Shown one piece after another: positions 25,701 to 40,700 of a stretch of DNA of 64,000 nt. The DNA is from Acanthaster planci (lineage: Eukaryota). Numbering within the stretch: the first letter of the stretch is position 1; each line of letters begins with the position of its first letter. The DNA is taken from the NCBI RefSeq assembly GCF_001949145.1, contig NW_019091356.1, forward strand, positions 522,938 through 586,937, in the 5' to 3' direction. Under the pieces are notes generated by a model. The model had not been told where the DNA came from and did no database searches. It saw only the letters and a list, made by a program, of their open reading frames with translations. The translations under genes and the position numbers were made by a program.

Positions 25701-28700
25701 ACCGGGTAAATGTGAAGAGTTGTTACACTTGTGCTTTAGTTTGGATTTGTAATGTGCTGTAATATATTTTTGGTTCTCATAATTCTCTCTTTTTTTGGGG
25801 GGGGGTAAAAGTAGAAAAACATATTTAACATCTCATCACTTAATATTTTCTGATTGGTTTTTCCCTTTTCGAAAAGTAACTTATGAATCATCTACATATC
25901 TTCACAGATTGTTGAGTAGTCAGACAATTCATTATATCATGCCTAAGGGAACTATTCACCAACAGTACTATGCACAAACTTTGTCCACCAAATTTTCATG
26001 ACGCCCAAACAAAACAAAAACTTCTAACAAATTAGCACATTTGTTCCTCAATGCCCAGTTTGTATTAAGAGCACTGAACCATTGTTATAATGTCATAGAT
26101 GTTGAAGTGCATTAATTTTTGTGTGTGTGTATTTCATCCAACCCTTTCCAACATGCCACCACCTCTGCTTGCATCACTGATATCACCGTCATCCTTGCTT
26201 TGTGTACACACTCTGGTCTGCTGTATAGTCGGTAGACCAGTAGAACCTGGGCCTCTCAATCCAGGTAAGACAAATGGAGACAATTGTCAAAGAAATTCTT
26301 CCTCCTTCACTATCAACTTCATTTCATGCCCTGATTGTGTATTAGAGAGTGTCAGGAAACTTCAGTTTGAAGAGGGGAATAGGAAGGGATATCCAAGGTA
26401 CATTTCCACAGTTTGGGGACAAGTGACTGGCAAACTATGAAGCATTTTTGAAGTGGATTTCAGTATGACATTGTATGAATTTAACTGTGTTAGCAGAAGT
26501 CTGGCGAGAGATCTGATCTGTTTTGTGACCTGCTAATGACGCAGTACGATGTTTCCAGTGAGTGGAAATTGGCAACCCCAAAGTGAATAATTCTCTCCAG
26601 AATTAAGTAATACATTTCATTTACCATATTTACAACTTGCATGTGCGACACAGCCTTTTTATGAAGAATTTAAAATCAAGCAAGATACTTTGCTCAAATC
26701 TTTCATATAAGGCCCTTTTCAGTTACCCATAGACCTGTTGAGGAAAACTATTTAAGAGAGTCAGCAATGTGCTAATTGTGCCAACAATTTCTTCACCTTT
26801 ACTGCGTAGCTTTGGACTTGCCCACAATACCTCTGCTGCCTGACAGGCCTCTAATACCTGCCAGACTCCCAAAGCCTACGGCAGAAGAAGGTGCTGAAAC
26901 CTGAAACTTTCAAATTTTGCATCTTCATTTCCTCCTATTCACCTTCCAAAATAAGGATTGAAGTAAACAAAAGATTCAGCATGCCATATTAACTTGTCTT
27001 TTGAATGTAGTTTTTTTCATGGAAGTACTGTTGTAGCACAGTCCATGATATTTGACACCGTTTTTATTAGTGTGAGTTCTACCTCCTTTTTTTCCTATCT
27101 TGTTGTGGTTGTCCTGTTAAGTCAGTAAGATTCGGAACCTTTGCTGTGATTTGTTCTGTGTCACCTTTCCTATTGTTTGCTTTTTCCTGTTCTTAATTAT
27201 CAGCAAGACAGTCCCTTGGGTGTCATTTTCCACACATCCGTGTAATTTCACTGTTACTTTGATTTTCCAATAGCTTTCCAGACTAGAAACTTTGTTGAGT
27301 GCGTTCAGTTTTGTGCAAATCCTTCCCCTATAACAGTTTCATGGGTAGGATACCAGTGATACCAGGATACCAACTTAAGCACTTATCTGATATTTGTGCT
27401 TGTTTATTTCATTTTTCAGTCCATTAAAAAGGAAAAGTGAGAGTTCATTTTCCATTGCTGTGATTCCATCCTTTTCTCTATTCACCTCAGGGGTTCGTTT
27501 GTCAGTTTTGACATGCTTATTTCATATGTTGTGGTCTTTGAAATGAACCGTTTCACTTTGCTGTCGTAGTAATGGTGTTTCAGAGCTCTATGAGGATGGC
27601 TGGTTTTAAGAAGTAAATTTCTGGAATGAATTTGTGATATTTGTTGTCTGAGACAGAGCCTACATCACCACCTCCACTGGCCAATGCCGAGGCGATGGGT
27701 TTCCCATGGTGGTTGTGGTTGGTGATCATCTTAGCCATTCTCTTCATCATCATCATCGCTGTGCTGTTGTTGCTCTGCTTCCTCTGTGGCTGCTGTGCCT
27801 GCTGTGCCGACTGCTGTCCCTGCTGTGCTGCCCTGTGTGAAGACGCCTGCGGTTGCTGTGCACCATTTTGCGGCCCGCTTGCTGCCTGCATCGCAGCGTG
27901 CTGCCCTTGCTGCTGTGAGGATGAAGATGATTGTGCCAAGTGCTGGTTGAAGTGTTGCTGTGGGGCTGCAGCCTGTGTCTGCTGTGGTCATTCATACAGA
28001 GAACGTAGAAAGGCCAAGGGCTCTGCGTAAGTTGAATAACACAGACTTCCAAAAGTGAAACGAACATTTTTATCACAATATCTTAGCTGGGGACCATTTC
28101 CTCTCATTCCTGAAATCATCTTTGAACATTAGAGGTACGGTACCATTTAGATAGATGGATAATGATCTCTGCCTTGCCCCATAAAGGTCAATTACACAAC
28201 CTGAAACTATGCTGTAAGACTTTTTGGAAATAATGGTAAAAAAATTCCTTTGGTGAAATCTTACAAGTAATTCCATTTTTTCATTTGGCATATGGTGCCA
28301 TATTCCCTCTCATTCCTAAATATTCTGAAGTGATTGACATCATTCCAGACTTAAAGGAATAGTTCTTGTTTGATTGACAGCAATTTGGTCGGCTACCAGT
28401 CTGTGTCGCAGAATGGCAAGGTCAGTGGCACTGTGCCTCCTGATCTTTGGATCAACCATGAAGGTGTAGAGATGAAGAAAGTTGATGGCAAGAAAGGTGG
28501 GATAGCTGTCAACTCAAAGGCAGAGGAGAGAGAGCGATTGGAGCAAGGCGGAGGAGTGGACCAGCAACGAGGTAAGGCACAACACTTTTGTCTTGTCTGC
28601 TTAAATAAAAATGTTGAAGTGCTATACTGTGAATTCCCAAAGTTGCTATATCAGAGAGCGAACAGAACTTGTCTTTCAGCATGAACTGCCCAACAGAGTA

Positions 28701-31700
28701 TAATTAGGTACTTGGCAGGAGTCAGCAGGGAACCAGTCACTAGCATTAGGCATTGCATGACATTTTAGCTGGTAACCGGTATCTTGTAAAGTGTTGCATG
28801 TACTCGGCCAATTTCTGTTTAAGCAGCTAAAATTGGTTCTCGATGGATCACATAACATGAGTGGTGATAACCCGCTCTGGGTACAGTGCATGATTTTCTT
28901 AGAAAAAATAAACTTGGCTCATATTATCCAATGATTTCTAACTTGATTTCTAGACCAAGTCCAAGAGACGTCTTTCACCCAGTCCTCAGTACAAAACCAG
29001 CAAGGTAAGCTTGTTGATGAATTGTTGAGGTTTTTAAATGTTCTCGAGAACATGAGGTAGTGTTGGTACAGTGGCATTTTAAACATGGCAAAGTTGAATA
29101 GTTGTTTTCGAACATGTGATGTTAAAGAGGTTTTAAAGTCTGAAACGGTTGTATGATTCATGTTCATTTACTAAAGTGTCTTGAACCAATAGTGGTTTAT
29201 TGTTTTTCTTTTAGTGTGCGACTTAACTTAGGATACTTTTAACTCCAGTTACTAAGAGTTGTGATTATAGCTACACTTGTTAACAACAACTTGTTGGACC
29301 TGTTCAAAACAGAGGTGCCAAACTTAGCACAAGTCTTAAGCAATGTTGACGTCTCCTCATCTGTGCATAGTGGTTTGGCAGGTGAGACAAATTGTTACCA
29401 AGCTGACACAGTAACCATGGAAATGCTGGTATCCAGATGCATCTGCTGACTACAGGAATTCATAGATCATGTTTGGTGGCCTTACTTTAATGCATTCATA
29501 AATATGACTAAAGTTGCATTGCAATGGGTTTAATCACATGTGGAATAATAACTTGTTCAAAGCTGCAATTCGGTTTCATATGTACATGTAGGAAGAAGGC
29601 ACATCCCTACATGTAACAGTAACGTACGTAATTAGGAAAATAAATTAATACCCATTTTTTCCCACAGATTCAAGCTAACACTAATACATAGGTCTGCTGT
29701 TTTCTGTGGATGGCTTAAAAGCATTTGAGATTTTACCATAGACTTGTTTTTCTTGATATCAAACTATTTCATGGGATTATATGAGAAATTTCTTGTGTCA
29801 AGTTGTGGAAAACTATTGGTGAGAGGGCTATGGCATTTGTTCAACTGTGACATTGTGACATTTTTCGTCTGTATAGCCAGTCAACATGTCCTTCAAAAGG
29901 TTGGGTTTACTTCTTACCAACATGTCCTGAAGTTACTGCTGAAATGTGGAGTTTCCTGTGGGCTGTGCATGCATCACTGTCTTCTCTTTTGCCCAGTCTT
30001 AGGAGTATTTGACAGTTCGTGATTTGCTGGTTCTAACAGACTTGCTGGTCACACACACTGATTCACTTACAGCTGGTTTTTCTCTTCAGAGGAGAGGACT
30101 TTATTGAGCGGGTCTTCACAGCAGGTGGAAGGGTGAAACATTCTCTGCAAATTTTGCAGAACTTTGGAAACCATAAGCTGAAACATTTCCTCTCTGTCAC
30201 AATTTATCCAAATGAATCATGCAGGTGGCTCACATGGAATTTGTTCAATCGCTAATGATTATTGTTTATCCAGACCTTCGATCCGTAATCCTTTAAAGGA
30301 GCAGAACTAACTTAAAGGTATTTTTTATCTTTTTTAAGACGTCGGTGGCATTACCTTGTTACTTTCTGCATGTCTGTGCTTGTTCTGTGATCTCAGTTGT
30401 AAGCCACATTCAAACTATTCATCTCAGCTGTCATTGTGAACTTACACAGTGGATGTACATGTTTGGTTACAGCAGGATATGTTTCTACAACGAGGCTCAA
30501 AGAATTACAATCAGATTGCAATTATTGATATCTGCAAAAGTTGGACTCAGTCCTTTCATTTAGCATAACCCAAAACTGTTTCGGATATGATTTCGTTTTA
30601 CTTCCCTTACCCAGTTTGTACTTCATTCTGGCTTTAGCTAGCTCATCAGAACTGAATTCAACCTTGTACAAATTGTATTCTTGTTCGTACGTCTTTTCAG
30701 CTTCTGTCGGCTGTCTGAAAAGAAATCATCCTTTCTCTGAATATTACCCTCAATCCAAAAAATGTACTCGCAAGACAAACCATACTTTTCAAGAGTTCAA
30801 ATTTGTACCTTCTGGTGATAAAAAGGGCATTAATGTCAATCTGGTTGTAAAAGAGCCATGCTAACAACAGATGACACTGGTCCTTGCTGGCTGCTTGACA
30901 ATACATTTTTTATTGTTCATTTATGTGTTGTGTTTATTAAAGTGGATTTTTTTTATCTTGCCTGCTTTCTTACATTTTGCATGTTTTTGTTCAAGAGTGA
31001 TGCCTTACATGTCACATGACCAGCATCAATTCATTAATGTATATGTTATGTATCCATCAGTTGATATTAGTTTTCTAAACCCTATTACTGTGCATCTTAT
31101 GCTTTTCAGATTTTTTATTTGTTGTTTGTTTGGAGGGAAAGTTGTTTTTATTCTGTTCACTGCCCGTTTCATTCTGAGTGTTGTAAACTAGAAAAAAGTT
31201 TGGTTCGTTCATGACTTCATGTTGTATGTGAGATATATTTTGCAAAAGCATGTTGCATGACTCCAAGAAGACATTTACATTTGAGAGAATCAAGTTCACA
31301 AATAGTAGTCAGAGGAAATAAATGAAACTATGACAGTGAGCGATTCATTTACTAGACATAACACTGATTAATTGTAAGAATAAAGTGATGTATCAGTTAC
31401 GTGATTCATTTAAATCTCTGAAATGAACTCACTCTAATTAATGTTCCTACCTTGACAGTGCCACAAATTGTTATACATAAGTCCAGAACATTTCTGTTCA
31501 ATTCTGAAAACCTTAGAATAAGAATCTTCAACACTCACATGACGTCACCATTTCCATGGATACCCAACACCAAAAATCCACCATCTCACATTTATACAGC
31601 ATGTGTGACCCTTGACTCCCAACCTTTGACCCATACCTGCATGTTCTGTCTTCCATCCCTGTATATGTGTCATGCATGCCTTGTTCTTTGTTTTTATCTC

Positions 31701-34700
31701 TATGGCCTGGTCCCATAGAGTCACGTATGCAGGAGTGTATGGAAGAACAAACAGGGTCTAGCAACAGACAGAGCCAGTACGAAACCCCCACCCTGATATC
31801 TGCTACATCACATCGGTCATCTCTGGAATCAGGTAATGAAACCCCTTCCCCTCTCCACAAATCTCCCCCACCCCTTCCCCAATGCCCCCCCCATGTCTCA
31901 GCCAGCATAAGTAGTCCCTCGCTTGTCCTTCCACAGCAGTGTTAATGTTAAACAAAATGAGAGCAGGCTTATTTGTTGTCCTGCCTAAGGTGCAATACTT
32001 GGAAACTGCAGGTTTCAGATTTCTTGGTCGTCATATCCCCCTAAGGGTGGACTAATGATCTCATTTACTTTGAAAATTGTGTCACGTTTTGCACATTGGA
32101 CAGCTCTTGTTTTGGGTATTTCATAAATGCAGCTGAGCATCAACATCAGTATCAACAGGAAGTTTGACATTTTTTGAAAATTCCATCCACGTGTTCCCTG
32201 ACTGCATTTTTGCATTCCAGTGTCACAGATTCTTACGACAAGTCACGTGACAGGAAAAGCGTTTTAGAGAACCTTATATCCCCAAAGATTTGGAAGTCAA
32301 ACCAGAAATGCCCAAAACATGCAGCCTTCATTGTAAAGATATTCATTTGCAAAGCCCGATAATAAACTTCCAAGCCATGTAATAAGCAGAACCTGCAAAG
32401 TTCAAAGTTCAACCCCTGTTGTGTATTTAATGCGCCACAAAGCCTTCCATAAATAACCTTTGTCTGAATAGTCTGTGATCTTAATCATGAACGCATGTCA
32501 TCGTCATTGTGGCTCTCTTGGGACCAGACTTTAAGCCTGTGTATGGTCTATCTTTTAAGATACATTGGTAATGTCTGAATTCTTTCAGACGTCAGCATTC
32601 CATTTTTTTCTCGTTTTCCATTTTGCTCGGTTAGCTATGGGATCCAATAATACCTCCCAGCATTCCCTAACAGCTTGCCACAAATCTGCTGACTATCAGC
32701 CATTCTATCCATTTCACTCCCTCCCCCAGATCTGCATGTAGGAGGTACTGGTTCTGGTGCTGTTCATTATGCAACAGTAGATGGTACGTAACAGACAAGT
32801 GGAATTTCTCAACTCATCCTTTTGGGCAATCAACATTTCAGATAGATATCAGCAGAACACAATATTTTTTCCTGCAGTCGTCTAGAAAAACAAACCTCAT
32901 CAAATGTGTTATAACCAAACTGTAGGAAATTTTTTTTTCTTCAGCCAATTCAATTATTCATCTTTCCAAACTTGGTGTCATTTGGTTCAAATATGCTCAG
33001 TATTGTTCATCGTTTTTGGCAATAATTCATGCAATTATTTTTATCCTATTTTTGCATTTTGCACTGTTAATACCATTTCTTCATAATTTCCTACTTTTTC
33101 TTGGTCTTAACAGTTTTTCCCATCTTGTCCTCGTTCATAGCTGATAATTCTTATTGTACATACAGTACTACTTGTATTGTAAACAGCATATTTTTTATGA
33201 TTGATTTAATGAAAATAATATGGAATTAAGACCTAAAAATAATCACATTCAAACAATATAAAATATCCAATCAGATTTATCAGTTCAATTTTAGAATTCC
33301 ACGCATGAGGTGCGTCTGTGCTCAGCAAAGCCCATTGTTGGAGAAATTGCTGAAACTTATCCCAAATTCTCACTAGCTATTCATCCTTAGTGGACTGTGA
33401 TCTCACATCCTGCATGAACATGGAAGATTTTCAAGTTTGTCACCAAGATTTTATGCTGTTTGCTAAGAAGAAAGAGCTTGCCCAGGTGTGCTTGCAGATT
33501 GGATAACAGCAAGAAATTGTCCACATTTTTGTTCAATGGGCGGGGGTTTGTGTACCGATTTTTCATACATAGTTTTACCAGACAGAATTAGCCTTTCCAG
33601 TTAAGTGTGGTTTTAAGCACATCAGAAGTTGTAGGGAAATGGTCTGACTGTGGACTGTATCGGTGTGCTGTTTTCTTAATCTCAGAAATGCGTCGAAAGA
33701 AAAGCAGCCTGAAAGAAACGAGACAAGAAGCAGGTATCTGATGCTTCAGCGTGTCACTGTAGCCTAGATAGTTAGCAAAATAGCCTAAATAATCATAGGA
33801 AGTTATCATACTCACCACACGCTTCAGTTAGCATGTTGCACCGACCATAACCATCTAGAGTAACAGTTCTTGTAGATCATTATCATCCAGTCATGTAGAT
33901 CGAGACAGAGCAAACTACCCTCATTCATTCCGTACATAGCTTATAACAACTTGATAGGAGGTTAGGTACCCTGCCCCCAGGGTACAGTTTAATGGTACAG
34001 CACTGCTTAACTTTTTAAAACCAAACATACAAATTTGAGCACATTTTACTACCCACGGAAGTGAACATTATAAGTATATTGAAGTCGGTAAATGTTGCAG
34101 ACAAGTTAATGTATTCCTTTTATCTTCAAAGCAAATAAGAACGATTCCTGATATGCTCTTGTGGTGTTGTGTTCCGTTACATCAATGCACTTTAAAAATT
34201 GTTTCTGGCTTAATTCCCCTTAATTAGAAAACTTCAAGACGATATTCTGACATACTTCAGAGTCAAGTAGTTGGGTTAGCAAAAGACTGACCTCTTGACA
34301 AGTCTGGGCTACTTTGAAAATTCTCATTGTGTATTGATATTTTTCTGCTTTGTTCATAATATTCCATAGGTTATTCCATTATTTCATAATAAATCAAGGA
34401 TGGCTGTCTTTCCATTACTCAATTTTTAACAAGGCATCCAGCTATTCCTCATAATCTTAAGGGTGCTGAAATGTCCATCACTCTTAAAATGCCCATGTCT
34501 TTTTATTTTTACTCATTTTCCAGCTAACTGGGGCTCAATTGGTAAAGCTAACCCCCGACCCTTGACCCCCAACCCTGAAGCATCCCTCTTTGGTCCTCAA
34601 GTTCCCCCTCCTTATCAACGCATCGGCTGTATTAAACGCGGCCAGCGCCCTAACTTTACAGAACAAGATGCTAACACAGATACCATACCATTGGGATCCA

Positions 34701-37700
34701 GTGCTGAAGACTTTGCCAGACAGAGAGGTAGATACGTGCATGTAGTTGATCAACTAACACAACACATCCAGTCCATGCACACCCTATAGAGGGCGCCATT
34801 ACAGTGCACTTCAAATCCCTACTCAACATGCACATTGTTAGCACACATTCTTTTCAGAACAGTAATATAGGTTTCTCCATGCCAACTGCAAATTTTGGAG
34901 TACCAACGACATATTCTAGAACTTGAGATTTCAAGAATAACTTCTTTTTCAGAACGTCTGCATTCAAATTCTAAAATCAGTGAAGAACAAGCAATTCAGA
35001 ACAGAAAATATTTGAAGTTTGATAAACATAAATTTATCATTTTTTATGACAGTAGCTGCAGTCGGTTAGGGGAGCAGAACTCAGTGAAATTTTCGAGTTT
35101 TTGCGCCCAACCTTTTGTAGAAAATATTCTGATGCAGGTTAAATTGAAATGGATTTAACCAATGACAGACATTTTACCTGGTCGACTATTTTTCTAGCAA
35201 AATCTATCAAGTAGGCACCTTGGCACCCTTGTTACTTCAAAGCTTACTCTGTTAGCGGTTACTCTTTGGTTTTCAGAACTGCATGGTGTGGGAAAATACT
35301 AAAATTCAGAATAACTGGTGGTGATGTAGCTCACTAACATATAGGCATGTGCATGGAAGGTTTGTGTTTATTGGAATGGGGATTGTACTAATTGAGCTTG
35401 GAACACAAAGAGTCCATAACTGTCCCTGTGTTAACTTTTATGTTTGAATGTTTAATACAGTCCGAGTGGTCTGTTTAAACGATTAATGAAAAACTTAAAA
35501 ATTGGTTATGGATAGAGGTTTTTGTTTTGTTTTACCGTCACATTGTTCAAATCAGCTGTTTTGCTGTGCAAAATTGACCTTTTTACCTTCAGTGATCAAC
35601 ACCATTTCATGGTGGAACATTCCTCTCAATATAATTTAGTGGCGTGAAAAAGTTGCCAACTAGAGTGACTTCTTTCTTGATTAACCTTCCCTGTCTTGAA
35701 CAAACCTTTTGTCAATTTCCACTCTGTTGCTTTGTGTGCTCCTTTATTAACCTTGCAAACCTTTTTTCTTTCTTTGTGCATTCTTCTTTCTGGACAGCAC
35801 CATCAATAACAATTTCTCCGCCCCAGACTCAAACACAGACCCTGAACCGATCAGAGGTCCAGAACAGAGCAGGTATTAATTTTCCTCCTGGGCAAAGCCA
35901 AATACTGGGGGATGGGGACTCCAAAGATTGTTTTTAATATTTAATATTTTACTTGTTGGTCTAGTTTTCATGGTATTTCTAAGATTGATTACATAGCAGA
36001 AAATTCTATAAAGACTCGCAATTAATTTCATGACTGATGCTTCTGTAATTGTCTCACACTAATTTTCCTGTTTTTTTTTTTCAAACCAACTGTCAAAAAA
36101 AGACCAATCCAAGCAATTTGAGTGTTCACTGTTGTTTGCTGGTATTTAAAATTGTAGGTTCAAAATCCCGTGCTGAGAAAAAGTTGAATTTCTTCTTCAT
36201 TTGGCCAAATTATGACAAGACCGGTAAGGTATAGCTGATGACAGAGTTGAATACCAGCAAAAAAGTCCTTAAGGAAGAGTTATTTATTCCTGAAGATGTG
36301 ACAAAGATTTTGATAACTTCAACTTAACAACTCCGATTCTTTCAAAACCTTTTCCAAATGAAAAGAATGGCTACTGGCTTAGAGGAATTTACCAATGACT
36401 CTTTCTCTTGATTCTTAGCTGGAGGTACAACCCCACGATATGCCACATGGGGTGCTAAGACAATTCAAAATGACCGTCAGCAATCCAATGTTAACTACAA
36501 CACCACCAATATCCACGTTGAAGACGTCCGTAACAACTACACAGCCAATGATGGCTTTTCCACCCTGCGTGATGGTGGTTACCAAGGAAGCATGGGTGCC
36601 AATGGACAAACCTACAGCACATTGGACAGGCAGACATCATACAACAATGCCCACTCCGGACAGAACCAGATTATCACATTCCCAGAGCAAAATGCCGGCC
36701 CTCAACCCTTCACCATCACGTTTGAAGAGACTACAACATCACATTCTGTGGAGAAGTCGGTACCCCTACCAGATGGGACCAGCTTCAAGACATCCTCCAG
36801 CCATCAGACCTTTTCTAAATCTTACTCAACATCTGATGCCGCACAAGACCAGAATCTACAAGCCATGTTGCAAGGAGGGATAGAAAATGGACCACTAGCG
36901 ATAGAAATCCCATCAACAACCAATACAGCGTTGCCAGGTAACGAGAAGTTGACATCAAATACCATCGTTTTCAAAGAAACATTAGCTGAATAAAGCAGGG
37001 AAATTTTAGTTGGAAGAAAAAGCAGTACAGACCATTGAAATGCAATGAGTTTATTTGCCAAGTGTATGTTCGTGATGTAGTTGTCATGAATAAAATTGCA
37101 TAATGATTACAAGAATGAAAAACCTAAAGATAAATTTTCAGTTTTCCTGATAGAGTTAAAGGTAGTGTGTAGGATTTCCATGTACTGCAATTTGTCAAAT
37201 TGGCCAATTTAGGGGTTGTAATTTACTTTGTATATTATTCCGCGAACTTTTTTTATTTTTTTAGATCACTGCTTTGAGAAAATAAAAAACTGTGTTCATT
37301 TGGATACACCTTGAAGCACAGCTCATGTTATTTGTCTTGCGAAAATCCATGGGCCACAGGTCGTTCCTGAGTGCCTATACAGTGCACAGGGGAGGTCTAT
37401 CTGTAGACCGATTATGGCCCTCAGAAGTGTATTTTTCACATGGCTTCACCTAGTACCAGTGATTGGCCAAGTTACCTTCGAATTTGTGTTTCCTGTTCAA
37501 CAATTTGTTGAATATGAGAATTTGTTGAATAAGCAACGTTTCATCAGGCTGTGAAGTGACTGCAGTCACCAAAGTCACTGCGTGGCCATGTACATGTGAA
37601 CGTACACGTGCACGATCAACCACACAGTCATTGTTCACTCTCCACTGGTACCTATATGTACATCTGTCAAAAACTGTCCACACACCATCAGTGCCAATCA

Positions 37701-40700
37701 TAACACTCTATAAATAAGTAAATATGGTAATTATCCTTGCATTTTGGGTAGAGAGTTTACTGTTCTTGGAAAAAACAGAAAGCTAAATGTCATGAATTTA
37801 GAAATTTGGTTCAAGAAAACCAGGATTCAGTACAGTTAATGATGATTTTAGGCTTATCAAAGGCGCATTGGCAGTTTATATATTACCCCTTAATATAGAC
37901 CCTTCCAACAGCTCGATGCTTCACACGTTTTTGTTGTGCACGTTAACGGTTGCATTATTTGAACAAATTGTCTTTTCCAAAGATTATCTGTCTGTACAAT
38001 TTAAAAAAAAACAAAATTTCTCTTTTCTCGAAAATGACAGCATTCTTGGCGGTAAGATTTCGCAGATTGTCTGACACTATTATGTACTTACTTTACAGTA
38101 AGATATTTTGAGATAATTCAACTGTCCCCATTTTGAGATCTTGCAAATACTATACACTGCCATTAAGAGTGCTTTCATCCAGTTTAGCTATTCTGTATTG
38201 AATCGTTCACCAAATTTTCTATTCCACAATTACCCGTCTCCACCAGCTATCGCTGCTGCTCCAGTCTACCGCTCAGCAAGCTTCAATCCAATCCCTCAGG
38301 ATAGTCCCTCGACTGGCACCCAGTCCTCTAGCATCTCCAATACCTTGGGTCGTTCCCCCCCGCCTCCCAATTACAACTTCATCACTTCGGAGAACGCCTC
38401 TGCTCAGACCCAATCCAGTGGCTATGCCAGTGGAAGTATCAGTGCCAACAATCGCGGCCGTACCTCTAGTATCGGTGCATCCTCTGTGGATAGTATGGGT
38501 TATCGTAGTCGTGGAGCAGATTCCTATCTCAGCACACAGGATCAGCGGAGTAACTTTGGAACAACCTCACCAGTCAGTATCCCAGCTGCAAGCACATCTC
38601 CCTACAGCTCCAATTTCCAGACCTATGAGTCGTATCGTTCAGAGGAACGGGACAACAGTTATGGACGGTCAGCGTCGGACCTCTACGATGGGTCACCAGA
38701 AATCGGTGTGACACGTCCAAAGGCTGGCTTCCATACCATTGACCGTTCCACAGGCTTCAATGCTGACAGTGCGTATGGTAGCCCAACCAGCTTTGGCAAT
38801 GGATTTGGTTCCTATGGAGGTGCAAGTACTCTTGGAAAACAACCCTCAGGTAATTGGCACTTCTCTCTTACTTACGATGCATTTGTTTCAAAGCTATTTC
38901 ATTGTAGTGTGAAACTGTACACAGGGACAAATAGAATCTACCCTAGGTCTCCATATAATCAGCTTATATTTTATAATCTTCTACTTTAGCACTGCATAGC
39001 AAGTGCTTTGGAGGAAATAAAACCAAATATAAACAAAAGCCCTATTTGATGTAAAGTGGCTAAGTTGTGCCTCCTGAACCATTCAGTGGACTCCATGATC
39101 TGTAAAGTTACAGAAGTTCAGCTACATACTTTTCCCCAAAATAACTCAGCGCAGTGCCTCTCAGAGTGCTACCAGAGATTTACGATCCTGTAATCTTACA
39201 ATTATCAATCTCTCTCTTTTTACCCTTCAGGAAGTCTGTCAGTCCCCTCTGCCCGTCCGGGGCACTCTTACCAGGCTAGTGCTTTTCAAAACACCTCCGA
39301 GTCTTTCAGATCCTACAACAGCGGTAATGTTGGAACCAGAGGAACCTCTCAGTTTTCCTTCAACAATAACAATGCTAGCACTGAGGAGTTGCCATCCAGG
39401 CTCGTTGAGGTAGAGCATGCTGAAGTACAGACACCTAGCAGGTTCAACAGCAAGTCAGGTGAGCTAGTAAAACCCTGTGTCTCTTGAAGGGTGATTGACA
39501 AAACCTCCCATTGAGTCACTGCTCACTACTTGTCCTTTCCTTATACTTATCACCAGCAACTTTGGGAGTAGTTTCGGCTTTTTGATTTTGTTTTGTTTGG
39601 GGCTTTTTGGAGGGAAGACTATGGATGGATTCAATATTATGGGTGCTGTTTTCAAATCTCCTTATTCTCCACTAGTAGTTAATGCTGAGATGGTTAGGAC
39701 CTTTACACTAAGGTATATTCCTGAATTGTAGTTTTGCATATCTGCAGCAAAGACAGACACTTGTTAATTAATTCATACTTAAGCCTCTTCTAACCCCCCC
39801 TTTAAATGTTCGCATTATTAGCATTTCTCTCTCTCTTCCCACAGACCTCCTGCAGTCCACTAGCTCTTCCCTAGGTGGTGGGTTTGACCTCTCAACCCCG
39901 ACCCGACCCCTACGACGTTCCATGTCCGTGGACAATGAGTTTGGACTGAATAACGATGGCTATTGGTCAGGTAGCAGCAAGACCAACTTGCTGTCTGGGT
40001 ACCAGACCCAGAGAGAGACAAAGGAAAGCAAGGAATACAGTCTGTCCAGTGGGACCGAGACTCAACGTGGCAGGTCACGTCACATCGGAGACAGGACTTA
40101 TGGGGGAATAAGCTCTCGCTCACGCTCACTGGATAGGTTTGGAGACCGTGAAGGTATCTTTGACCTGAAGAGCCTTCATTTTAAGCCAGCTGGATTGTGA
40201 TCTTTCAAGCTTTCTCTTAAAATAATTTCTCTTGAAATAGATTCTACTAATGAAAATGGTGACTTTAGGGCATAACATTTAAATGGAGAAGTCTGTGTGT
40301 GTACAGTGGTGTAATTCTTAGTCAATGGTATTTGAGGTTTCATTCCTTAGGAATTCTTTCTGCTAAAAGTGGTGGCTTTTTTCAGCTAACTAACTAATGT
40401 TTCTTCCTTTTTCTCTTTATCTTTTTCCACAGGTCTATTGTTCAAAAATGTTTCCTTTAATTTCTAACCATTTCAACAGCATCCTGATATCTGATTCACC
40501 AGCTTGTTTGACAATTTTGAGGCCATTTTCTTTCCGTCTTACTTACTTTGTCACTCTACAACAGGTTATTCAACTTCATGAAGATAGTTGATCTGTTTTT
40601 AACTTTTTACAGCTGATTTTTCAAAGGTGGAAGTTAACTCAAACTTTTTTCTCAGAATTACTGTGGAAGGGCAGAACTCATCGGCTTGGGAATTGTTCCC

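Noticed and set aside
27580..28076. Minus-strand Gln/Ala-rich ORFs
   Set aside because: Antisense shadow of the TGC/TGT-rich TM exon.
30090..30132. Possible cytoplasmic exon EERTLLSGSSQQ
   Set aside because: The acceptor is good, but available donors are phase 0 or 2 and no compatible partner exon was found.
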